From contig JAJFIM010000064.1 in NCBI GenBank assembly GCA_021774995.1, positions 1-37,502 of the forward strand: DNA of 37,502 nt. The letters run 5' to 3'. A model generated the notes under the pieces. That model saw only the letters and a list, made by a program, of their open reading frames with translations. It was not told the origin of the DNA and did no database searches. The first letter of the stretch is position 1. Each line of letters begins with the position of its first letter. Both the position numbers and the translations under genes were made by a program. Origin of the DNA: Alphaproteobacteria bacterium (lineage in GTDB: Bacteria > Pseudomonadota > Alphaproteobacteria > SMXP01). This document shows, piece after piece, positions 25,790 to 33,697 of this stretch.

Positions 25790-27734
25790 TCCCGTAGAAA
25801 CGATCACGGTGGATGCAGCGCGCAGTGAGCCGCGCTTATGGATTCGCAGGCTCGTTATCTGGGAAACGCCTGAGAAAATTCTGCAAGATATTTCGTTGCG
25901 CCGGGGCCTCAATATCGTTTATTCCCCGGATCCCGGAACACAGGCGGCCATACTGGGGCAAAAAGGCGGGAGCGGTCACGGGGTTGGAAAAACATTGCTT
26001 TGCCGTTTTCTGCGTTATTGCCTTGGTGAAGATACATTTGCGCACGATGATCTGCGGCGGGATATTCAGAGCAAATTTCCCGAAGGTCTGGTTGGCGCTG
26101 AAGTTATGGTTAAAGGTCAATTATGGTCGGTTATCCGCCCCATTGGTGCAACCAGAAAACATATTGCCCAGCCAGATATAGCGCTTGGAGATCTGCTCAC
26201 GAGTCAGGACGACAATGCTGATATTGCGCTCTATTTCAGTGCGCTCAATGACTTGATTGCCGATACTGTGGATCATAACATTCCGGGCAGCCATGAATGG
26301 AAACGCTGGATTTTTGCGCTGGCCTGGCTTAGCCGGGATCAGGAAAGCCGTTTTTCAAATCTATTGGACTGGCGCCATCCTGATGCCGATACGCGCTCTC
26401 CCGTCCGGGATACCTCCGTAGACCAGAGAAACATTATTATTCGCTCTTTTCTTAACATTATGACCGATGAGGAATTAACGGCTCAGGGACAAAGGGACGC
26501 TCTTTCCCAGAAGAAAAGTGACCTGACCCAGAATATCAGTCATCTCAAACACAGCACTCAGGGTCTTTCAGGTGAAGTTGCCTCTGGTTTGGGACAGGCA
26601 GAACAATCGGGCGTGGAGCCTCTGGAAGCTGATGTGCTTTTGAAAGTGGCACAAGAAAATCTTAATGCAACAGATAACACACCTGCTGACGGTACGTTAA
26701 AAACAGCCATTGCCGGTAAACGCGAAGAGCTTGAAGCACTGGTATCGCAAAAAGCCCTGCTTACAAAGAAACAGGAGGAATTTGATGGTCTGATTGCTAT
26801 TCAAGAAGATCATATTGGGGTTCTGAAAGGTGAAAAGGCAAACCTGGATGCTAACGCCATTAAAGCCCGGCTAGGAGAAGTTTGCCCCGTCTGTAGCGTT
26901 CCCATTGATGAAGCGCTGGCGGAAGGCTGTGGGCTTTCACATGTATTGCCGGATAAAGATAAGGTCGAACAGGATGCCAGTCAGGTTGAAACAAAAATTA
27001 CAGTCTGTAAACAGGCAATCACCAACTATCAGCAGCATAAAAAAAATAATGATACAGCGTTACAAAACCTTGAAATTCAAATTCAGGATACACGTCAACA
27101 AATAGAAAATCTTGAAGGCCGTGCAAATCAGGAGCGTAAAGACCAAAGGCAAAAGTGGTTCATAGCCAAATCTCTTCACCTTCAAGCAGAAAAACTTGTA
27201 AAAGAATTGGAGCAATTGAAGGTCGATGAAGCAGAATTGCAGGACGTACCTGAAAAAGAACAGCAATTGCGTGAAACCTTACAAAATCTACGTTCAAAAC
27301 ATTCAGAAATCATGACACGTATGCAGGAACTTTTCGTATATGTCTGCCAAGGATTCCTCGGAGATAAAGAAGCAAAGCTGGAACTCACTGGCAAAGGTAT
27401 TCAAGCCACAGTAACCACCGGAGGAACCGCTATGGAAACCGTAAAAGTTATAGCTTTTGATCTGGCAACAATGTTTATGAGCCTTGAAGGAAGGAGCTTT
27501 TTACCCTCTTTTCTTATTCATGACAGTCCCCGTGAAGGTGATTTGGGAGAATCAATCTATCACCGCCTCTTCAATTTTATGGCGGACATGGAGGGGTTAA
27601 AAGAAGAGCCTTTATTCCAATATATTGTTACGACAACATCTGCTCCCCCGGAAAAATTCGTAAAGGATCCCTATCTCGTTTTACAACTTGATGGGCAGGA
27701 AGATGAAAACCGCCTGCTAAAAACCAGCCTTTAG
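25761..27734 (+). CDS. Rad50/SbcC-like SMC-fold ABC ATPase with a long coiled coil and a CPVC zinc-hook-like motif
   Basis: AGGAGG ribosome-binding site 7 nt before ATG 25761. The N-terminal head is RLWIRRLVIWE...LRRGLNIVYS with the P-loop GGSGHGVGKT. Residues about 230-520 are heptad-rich, with CPVC (26883-26894) at the midpoint. The C-terminal head has the Walker B/D-loop SFLIHDSPREGDL. Confidence 0.7.
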   Translation: MVRQGELFPSPVETITVDAARSEPRLWIRRLVIWETPEKILQDISLRRGLNIVYSPDPGTQAAILGQKGGSGHGVGKTLLCRFLRYCLGEDTFAHDDLRRDIQSKFPEGLVGAEVMVKGQLWSVIRPIGATRKHIAQPDIALGDLLTSQDDNADIALYFSALNDLIADTVDHNIPGSHEWKRWIFALAWLSRDQESRFSNLLDWRHPDADTRSPVRDTSVDQRNIIIRSFLNIMTDEELTAQGQRDALSQKKSDLTQNISHLKHSTQGLSGEVASGLGQAEQSGVEPLEADVLLKVAQENLNATDNTPADGTLKTAIAGKREELEALVSQKALLTKKQEEFDGLIAIQEDHIGVLKGEKANLDANAIKARLGEVCPVCSVPIDEALAEGCGLSHVLPDKDKVEQDASQVETKITVCKQAITNYQQHKKNNDTALQNLEIQIQDTRQQIENLEGRANQERKDQRQKWFIAKSLHLQAEKLVKELEQLKVDEAELQDVPEKEQQLRETLQNLRSKHSEIMTRMQELFVYVCQGFLGDKEAKLELTGKGIQATVTTGGTAMETVKVIAFDLATMFMSLEGRSFLPSFLIHDSPREGDLGESIYHRLFNFMADMEGLKEEPLFQYIVTTTSAPPEKFVKDPYLVLQLDGQEDENRLLKTSL

Positions 27735-27754
27735 TGCAAATTAAGGTACAGAAA

Positions 27755-28486
27755 ATGAACATTCAAAACCCACCCAGTGCAGTGATTTCTATTGAAGCGC
27801 AGAAAGCCGCATTTGATAACGGTTATCGAATTGAACATGATATTCGTGATGGCTGGCTACATTATCGTTCAGCCACTGTATCAGATGAAATTGCAATCTC
27901 AGGATCTTCTGATCACGGGCCATGGCACTTAAATATTACCCATGAGGGCGCACAGCAAGAATTAGGATCATCTACTTTTAGTTTCGATAGGCTGGCCGAT
28001 TTGTATAGCACACTTGATAAAGTTTACCGCCTAAGTGCCAGCTTGCCTGATGTTCCATTACAACGCTTTCAAGAGGAACAGGCAAAGCTTCCTAAAACAA
28101 CAGAGGCTGAGAGACTGGTTATTCAGCGTGTTGGGCAGAACCTTTTCCGTGAGGCACTGCTTACCTATTGGCACGAAAGGTGCCCTCTTACCGGTATTAC
28201 GGACACAACTCTTTTGCGTGCATCTCACATTGTATCATGGGCCGAGTGTGAGTCCGACGCTCAAAGATTGGATGTACATAACGGTCTTTTATTATCCGCC
28301 TTGTGGGATGCGGCATTTGATAAAGGACTTGTTAGTTTTAACAATGATGGATCGGTACTGGTATCCCCTAATCTAAGCAGAGAGGCGAGATGTTCTCTTG
28401 ATATTGAAAAAGCTCCAAGACTTACCGATTTAACCGAAGAACACCATAAAAATCTTGATGCTCACCGTAAGAAAAACGATTTTTGA
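27755..28486 (+). CDS. HNH (HNH_2-type) endonuclease with an uncharacterised N-terminal domain
   Basis: QRVGQNLFREALLTYWHERCPLTGITDTTLLRASHIVSWAEC...DVHNGLLLSALWDAAFDKGLVSF is the PF13391-type HNH pattern. The start is either ATG 27755 (AAGG upstream) or GTG 27734, which overlaps the ATPase stop. Confidence 0.75.
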   Translation: MNIQNPPSAVISIEAQKAAFDNGYRIEHDIRDGWLHYRSATVSDEIAISGSSDHGPWHLNITHEGAQQELGSSTFSFDRLADLYSTLDKVYRLSASLPDVPLQRFQEEQAKLPKTTEAERLVIQRVGQNLFREALLTYWHERCPLTGITDTTLLRASHIVSWAECESDAQRLDVHNGLLLSALWDAAFDKGLVSFNNDGSVLVSPNLSREARCSLDIEKAPRLTDLTEEHHKNLDAHRKKNDF

Positions 28487-28571
28487 ATATTCTGCTATTT
28501 TCCATTTTCTTGTAAAATTAGAGAATTTTGGTAGGATCACCTGAAATAATACGAATTGAGAAAAATAGATA

Positions 28572-29564
28572 ATGACAAAAAACTTAGGTAAACTTGAACG
28601 TGTGGATCTACGCAATGTGTGGGAGACGGAAGACCGTGATTTTACGCCTTGGCTGGCGCAGGAAGAACATTTGCAGATCCTGGCAAATACAATCGGCATG
28701 GATTTGGAGCTGGAGGCTCAGGAGAAGGATGTCGGGCCATTCCGCGCAGATATTTTATGCAAGAACATCGATGACGATTCATGGGTGTTGGTTGAAAACC
28801 AGATTGAGAAAACAGATCATCGCCATCTCGGTCAGCTCATCACTTATGCTTCTGGTTTACAGGCGGTTACGATTGTCTGGATTGCATCAAATTTTACTGA
28901 GGAACATCGCGCTGCTTTAGACTGGCTCAATAAGATTACTGACGATCATTTCCGCTTTTTTGGCTTGGAGTTAGAGTTATGGCGTATTAACGACTCACCA
29001 CCAGCACCTAAATTCAACGTGATTTCAAAGCCGAATAACTGGAGTAAATCTATATCTCAGGCAGCAAAACGTATCAGTGAGCAGGCCACTACAGAAACCA
29101 CCGAGTTGCAGTATCGTTACTGGCAAAAATTGCTTGATTTCATGCGTGATAATGGAACGCAGCTTCGGCTTCAAAAGCCCATGCCACAGCACTGGCAAAC
29201 ATTCGCTATTGGTCGAAGTCACTTTCACATGGCAGCCTTGCTCAATACCAGAGAGGGGCGTATAGCGGTGGAGCTGTGCATCACGGATCCAAATAACGCA
29301 AAAACGTTTTATAAGCTTCTTGAAACGGACAAAGAAAAAATCGAGGGAGAGATTGGCGCAGAGCTAGATTGGAAAGAGCTGCCAGAAAAAACATCATCGA
29401 AAGTTCTTCTATACAAAGAAGCTGATCCAACCAATGAGGAGGATTGGAAAAATCAGCACAGTTGGATGAAGGAAAAATTAGAGACCTTTAATAAAGTTTT
29501 CAGACAAAGGGTTCGTAAACTAGATCTAGCTGATTGGAGCAGCGATGAAGAAGAAGTCGCCTAA
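28572..29564 (+). CDS. PD-(D/E)xK-like N-terminal nuclease fold plus DUF4268 domain protein
   Basis: GPFRADILCKNIDDDSWVLVENQIEKTDHRHLGQLITYASG is the characteristic N-terminal block of DUF4268-family proteins. The C-terminal half has WQTFAIGRSHFHMAALL...GRIAVELCI. Confidence 0.65.
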   Translation: MTKNLGKLERVDLRNVWETEDRDFTPWLAQEEHLQILANTIGMDLELEAQEKDVGPFRADILCKNIDDDSWVLVENQIEKTDHRHLGQLITYASGLQAVTIVWIASNFTEEHRAALDWLNKITDDHFRFFGLELELWRINDSPPAPKFNVISKPNNWSKSISQAAKRISEQATTETTELQYRYWQKLLDFMRDNGTQLRLQKPMPQHWQTFAIGRSHFHMAALLNTREGRIAVELCITDPNNAKTFYKLLETDKEKIEGEIGAELDWKELPEKTSSKVLLYKEADPTNEEDWKNQHSWMKEKLETFNKVFRQRVRKLDLADWSSDEEEVA

Positions 29565-29857
29565 TTGGCTTCAAGAGTAGCAATCACCTTCAGTTTTTTG
29601 CCGCCGTATTCAAAGCTGCCCCACCACTGTTCCTGGCCGTTTACGTTGCGGCGTTCCAGCATCAGGGTAAAGCGGTCGATGCCGCGTTCTTTTGCTGTGG
29701 CGTAGTCTTCCAGCGCAAACCATGCTTTTCTGGCCAATGTGGTGGCGGTGCGTTTGACGGTGTAGTCAAAGGCGGCCAGCAATGCTTCGATCTCGGCATC
29801 TGTGCATTTTTCGCTTTGGATGTCCTCGACCATTCCTTTGTAAAATAACTTGCTCAT
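29561..29857 (-). CDS. Hypothetical protein (98 aa)
   Basis: ORF with its start at MSKLFYKG. It overlaps the DUF4268 gene convergently by 4 nt. No motif recognised. Confidence 0.4.
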   Translation of the reverse strand: MSKLFYKGMVEDIQSEKCTDAEIEALLAAFDYTVKRTATTLARKAWFALEDYATAKERGIDRFTLMLERRNVNGQEQWWGSFEYGGKKLKVIATLEAN

Positions 29858-29982
29858 GTGCTTATCTCCTTGTTTTTGCATCGTTTTGTTAATAACAGTA
29901 ACGCTTCATTCGGCATGATTATCAAGTCAATAAGCTGATACTTATCAATGAGTTACGATTATTTATACGGACAAAAATCCTT

Positions 29983-30510
29983 TTAGAATATCCATTCATA
30001 TGTTCGATCGCTGCCTATGATTTCGATGTAATCATTCAGGTCGGAGGGCGCAGAAATTGGAACGTAAGAATCTCCTGCCATATCGAAAAACAGAATACTT
30101 GGCGGCAAGCCGTAAATATCTGGTCTGCGCAAACGTATTTGTATTTTTGTCAAAGAAGCCAGCGGCGTTGGGAATTTAAACCATGCCTTCAAACTTGAGC
30201 TTCCCGTATCGCTCCAATGTGGATTGCTAGTGCCAGGCCACAGCGAAACCCATTGTGTAATATTGCCGTTATAATCGCTATCCGTGTTGTATTCACCAGA
30301 CGCCAAATCACTAAACCCCGTTATGATTTGCTGAGCAGGATTGGACGCAGCCATGGATTCCACGATGTCGGCGACATCTCCATAAATGGCAATTTTTGTT
30401 GGACCGATCCAATTGGTCGTATAGTTAAAATCAATCAAAAGCCCGTCAAGAACCGCGCTTTTTGCCTTATGTTTTGTATGAGCCATAAATTGGCCGGGTG
30501 ATAAAAGCAT
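29983..30510 (-). CDS. Hypothetical phage-associated protein (175 aa)
   Basis: ATG 30510 overlaps the upstream stop (TAATG), which suggests coupling to the lysis cassette. No motif recognised. Confidence 0.5.
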   Translation of the reverse strand: MLLSPGQFMAHTKHKAKSAVLDGLLIDFNYTTNWIGPTKIAIYGDVADIVESMAASNPAQQIITGFSDLASGEYNTDSDYNGNITQWVSLWPGTSNPHWSDTGSSSLKAWFKFPTPLASLTKIQIRLRRPDIYGLPPSILFFDMAGDSYVPISAPSDLNDYIEIIGSDRTYEWIF

Positions 30511-30776
30511 TACTGATCCTGTGTTATTTGCTGAAGAGCGTAATTGATAGATTTTAGCTTGGATTTGCAGTCCTTATGGGCGAACCAGAGCTTGGTGTAG
30601 TTCTCGGCGATATCGCGCTGGGTCATGTCATCGCCGGGATAGTCTGGGGCGGGTGCGCAGGACTGCAAGCTGGCTGGAATTTCCGGTTTAATCACTTTTA
30701 TTTGTGTCTGGGGTGCGCCCGTACAAGCGCTCAACAGTATCGCGCAGCACAGGGGCAACAGGGCCGTTTTGTTCAT
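30510..30776 (-). CDS. Outer-membrane lipoprotein, probable o-spanin (Rz1-like)
   Basis: Signal peptide plus lipobox: MNKTALLPLCCAILLSAC. The gene starts inside the 3' end of the i-spanin-like gene (30688-30776) in another frame. Confidence 0.6.
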   Translation of the reverse strand: MNKTALLPLCCAILLSACTGAPQTQIKVIKPEIPASLQSCAPAPDYPGDDMTQRDIAENYTKLWFAHKDCKSKLKSINYALQQITQDQ

Positions 30777-31056
30777 CGCTTGCTCCTTCTATCCGGCCTA
30801 GCAGCCGTTCTTGGGTTTTGGTTCGTTCGATCTCACGGTTTTTCTCTTCCTCCAATGCCTGGATTTTGGCTTTGGTATCGGCTTGCAGCACAGAAAGGCT
30901 TTCTTCATAGGAGACAATGCTGGCCTGTGAAACCGCCAACTTCCCTTTGAGTGTCGTGATGTGCTGGCCTTGCCATGTGATCCAGCCAAGAAAAGCAGCC
31001 ATAGCCAGAAAACCTCCGATCACCCGCCAGTATTTAAGTATGAGTGTCCAGATCAT
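30688..31056 (-). CDS. Probable i-spanin (Rz-like): N-terminal TM helix plus coiled coil
   Basis: TM segment WRVIGGFLAMAAFLGWITW, followed by the coiled-coil-like LQADTKAKIQALEEEKNREIERTK. There is an ATGA overlap with the upstream holin-like gene. Confidence 0.6.
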   Translation of the reverse strand: MIWTLILKYWRVIGGFLAMAAFLGWITWQGQHITTLKGKLAVSQASIVSYEESLSVLQADTKAKIQALEEEKNREIERTKTQERLLGRIEGASDEQNGPVAPVLRDTVERLYGRTPDTNKSD

Positions 31057-31298
31057 GATTTGTCCCTCTTGGCTTCAGAGTTTCCGTTTTTATGGGCGGC
31101 GTACAGATAGGCACCGATGGGGCCACTCCCCAAAATGCCGATATAGGTCAGGATGGCTTTCAAAAGCCCGATGTCCGCTCCAGCGATAATGTGATAGGCC
31201 ACGATCAAATTTGGCAGGATTAAAAAAGCATAAATGGAAACCCAAAACGCCAGCGCGCGCCGCACTTTCATGGGATCATCTTTATCGGGAGCAATCAT
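31053..31298 (-). CDS. Holin-like small membrane protein (two predicted TM helices)
   Basis: MIAPDKDDPMKVRRALAFWVSIYAFLILPNLIVAYHII...LKAILTYIGILGSGPIGAYLYAA with a charged C-terminus. There is an ATGA overlap with the upstream gene, and the upstream part of the track ORF overlaps that gene. Confidence 0.5.
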   Translation of the reverse strand: MIAPDKDDPMKVRRALAFWVSIYAFLILPNLIVAYHIIAGADIGLLKAILTYIGILGSGPIGAYLYAAHKNGNSEAKRDKS

Positions 31299-31777
31299 GA
31301 TAAACCCCCAGCGTAAATATCCATGACGGGGCGGGATTTTTGCAAGAATCCTTCCACCGTCCCAGCGCCCAGATGCGTGTTGTAATATTTCTTCCAATAT
31401 TCAGCCATGCTTTGCCAGTCGCCCGCTTCCGGCAATGGCTCTTTAAAGCGCAGATAAAAAATTCGGCACATGGCGGCGGCATAAAACAGATTGCCGTGTA
31501 GCTGCTCGTGCAAATCCATATCCCGCATGATCAAGCCCTTCAGGTCATTTAGAAGATGTGGCTTGCGGCTTAAATATCGCTCCCATATATCGTCATGGGT
31601 GACAGGCTCCATCTGAAAGAAACTCCGCGCGGGACCGCGTCCAATTTGCTGGATGAAGGATAGATTGCTTTCTGCCATGGCGGTGGCCATGACGAGCTGT
31701 TCGGCGGCCAGCGAATATAAATTGATATGCCCCAGCGCAGGCACCACGACATAATCGTGGAAATTACGAATATCCAT
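31295..31777 (-). CDS. Probable endolysin (lytic-transglycosylase-like)
   Basis: AMAESNL...GRGPARSFFQMEP resembles the SLT catalytic E-S ... G-(L/F)-(M/F)-Q arrangement. It sits between holin-like and spanin genes. Confidence 0.5.
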   Translation of the reverse strand: MDIRNFHDYVVVPALGHINLYSLAAEQLVMATAMAESNLSFIQQIGRGPARSFFQMEPVTHDDIWERYLSRKPHLLNDLKGLIMRDMDLHEQLHGNLFYAAAMCRIFYLRFKEPLPEAGDWQSMAEYWKKYYNTHLGAGTVEGFLQKSRPVMDIYAGGLS

Positions 31778-32043
31778 TATTGATTTCCCCTTTTGCGTAA
31801 ATAATGAATGTCACTGCGCATGTCCGTGATTTGTGTTTTGATGATTGCCAGATCCTCGCGCATTTCACCAACGACCCTGCGACCTGTGACATCATTATTG
31901 ACCTGCTGCTCAAGCGATTTGATTTTTTGTTCGACAACGCTCATATGCAATGTGACCCACGCCACAAGCTTTATAAGCGCTGTAATAACGGCCACGCTGT
32001 GGGCAGCAATGCCAAATAACAAACCCCATTCTACTGGTGTCAT
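31777..32043 (-). CDS. Small TM plus coiled-coil protein (holin or lysis regulator-like)
   Basis: AGGAGA ribosome-binding site 7 nt before ATG 32043. The product is MTPVEWGLLFGIAAHSVAVITALIKLVAWV followed by a coiled coil. The TAATG junction couples it to the downstream gene. Confidence 0.5.
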   Translation of the reverse strand: MTPVEWGLLFGIAAHSVAVITALIKLVAWVTLHMSVVEQKIKSLEQQVNNDVTGRRVVGEMREDLAIIKTQITDMRSDIHYLRKRGNQ

Positions 32044-32065
32044 TTTTATTCTCCTGTTTTGGTTT

Positions 32066-33694
32066 TCAGTATTTTGAAAGCACAACCCACTGCCCACCAT
32101 CCGAATAGATGGTGATAGCTGCAAAGTGAGATGTGAGATTCCAGATTTGTGCGTCCGGGCCGCCGGATCCACCGGCCATTTGGATTTTGACAATATTGCT
32201 GGACGGATCGATTTTCTTGATGGTGCAGACTCGCCCCTGCGCTTGATTGGCGGCGGGAATTTCAAAGATGATTTGCCCGGTGAAGGCCGATACCAGATAC
32301 ACGCGGTTGAGCATATCTGCCTGAAACGTTCCCGATGGCGCGGCGGCGTTATCGATAAAACGGCTGGGGCGCGGCATGCGGTTGTCTTGTGTTACCCACC
32401 AGGTTGCGCCGTTTGAGAGCAAAGTTACAGTGTCATATTGCTGGAGTAATGTGAGCGTCCGGTTATCCGGCCCAGCGCCGTTATTTTCTTTCACATTGAT
32501 AGGGTTATCGCGCAAATCCGCTTTTTTCAGCGTTACCCAGCGCCCGGTTGCATCTCCGGCATTGGGCAGGATTAAATCATAGGAACGATTAAACGAGCTG
32601 AGCAGGTAAAAAGTATGCTCTAGATCAATATTGATATCACCACTGCTACCAGCGGCAGGGTCGATATAGGTCGTGCCGCGCGTCATGCCATCCACATGAA
32701 CGTCCGTGACATAAACGTCTTTCAGGAAATTTTTCTTGGGATATCCCGCATCATAAGCCTGATATTCACCCTGCAGAGTTGGGTCCCAGATTGCCGCACC
32801 GCCTGTGGCAGAAAACAGCCGGATGATCGTATTATCCAACGAACCATTATCAATACGAATGCCGGGTGCAAGGCCGAGGCTTTCAGCGTAGAAATTCGTA
32901 ATGATATTACTGCGCGCACCAAAGCCCAGCCGGAAACAAGCCTGCGCGGTGACATCAACATTGGCTTCACAATCAACAAAAGAATTATTGAACTGACCCG
33001 TAGAGATGAAAAAGCCGGATCCTGACATCGGCGCCGACAGTGAATAAACCCGTACATCGTAGAATTTATTCGCGTTGGGCGAATCCCCGAAGGTTTCAGG
33101 ATCATTCCAGTCATCAGGCGTGGTGGTGAGCAGAACACCGTCTATTTTAGGCCGCGCAACCAGAACACGGCTGATATTATTCCAGTAGCATGGCTTGTTT
33201 GTATCGTTCCACCCATCCAGCGTCACACCGATCTGCGCGTCCCAGATTGTGACATTCTCTACAATGTTTTTAACGCACGGGCTGACTTTTCCAGCCATGA
33301 AGATGGCAGAAGCACCGCCCACAATCCGTACGTTACGAAGCTGTGAATAGCCCTCCACAAATTCCACGGCATTGAAATTAGCTGAATAAGGTGGGGCTAG
33401 GCTTTCATTAAGAGGCCCGTCCTGTGCCTGTATCACAGACATATCGCCGTACCCGATCAGGCTCATGCCGTAATTTAAAACAATAGGCGCGGTGATCCAA
33501 TAATTGCCTGCCGATAAAATGCATATTTTGTTTTCTTGCAGGCACTGATTGATCGCCACCGTATCATCATTTAAGCCATCGCCCAGCGCACCGTAATCCT
33601 CTGGCCTTGGCGCTTCCCGCGCAGCCAGATATTGGCGCAAATCTAGCTTCGAGACACCTTGTCCCGGTATAAGAATTTCATCTATTTTTGGCAT
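32066..33694 (-). CDS. Tailspike / depolymerase with a pectate-lyase-superfamily right-handed beta-helix
   Basis: The N-terminal PEDYGALGDGLNDDTVAINQCL is the Pectate_lyase_3 signature. Repetitive beta-helix-like N/G/V/I-rich rungs follow. Confidence 0.7.
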   Translation of the reverse strand: MPKIDEILIPGQGVSKLDLRQYLAAREAPRPEDYGALGDGLNDDTVAINQCLQENKICILSAGNYWITAPIVLNYGMSLIGYGDMSVIQAQDGPLNESLAPPYSANFNAVEFVEGYSQLRNVRIVGGASAIFMAGKVSPCVKNIVENVTIWDAQIGVTLDGWNDTNKPCYWNNISRVLVARPKIDGVLLTTTPDDWNDPETFGDSPNANKFYDVRVYSLSAPMSGSGFFISTGQFNNSFVDCEANVDVTAQACFRLGFGARSNIITNFYAESLGLAPGIRIDNGSLDNTIIRLFSATGGAAIWDPTLQGEYQAYDAGYPKKNFLKDVYVTDVHVDGMTRGTTYIDPAAGSSGDINIDLEHTFYLLSSFNRSYDLILPNAGDATGRWVTLKKADLRDNPINVKENNGAGPDNRTLTLLQQYDTVTLLSNGATWWVTQDNRMPRPSRFIDNAAAPSGTFQADMLNRVYLVSAFTGQIIFEIPAANQAQGRVCTIKKIDPSSNIVKIQMAGGSGGPDAQIWNLTSHFAAITIYSDGGQWVVLSKY

Positions 33695-33697
33695 GGA

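Noticed and set aside
32044-32265. N-terminal extension of the 162-aa ORF at 31777-32265
   Set aside because: It overlaps the 3' end of the tailspike gene. The internal ATG at 32043 has a good AGGAGA ribosome-binding site and starts exactly at the TM helix.
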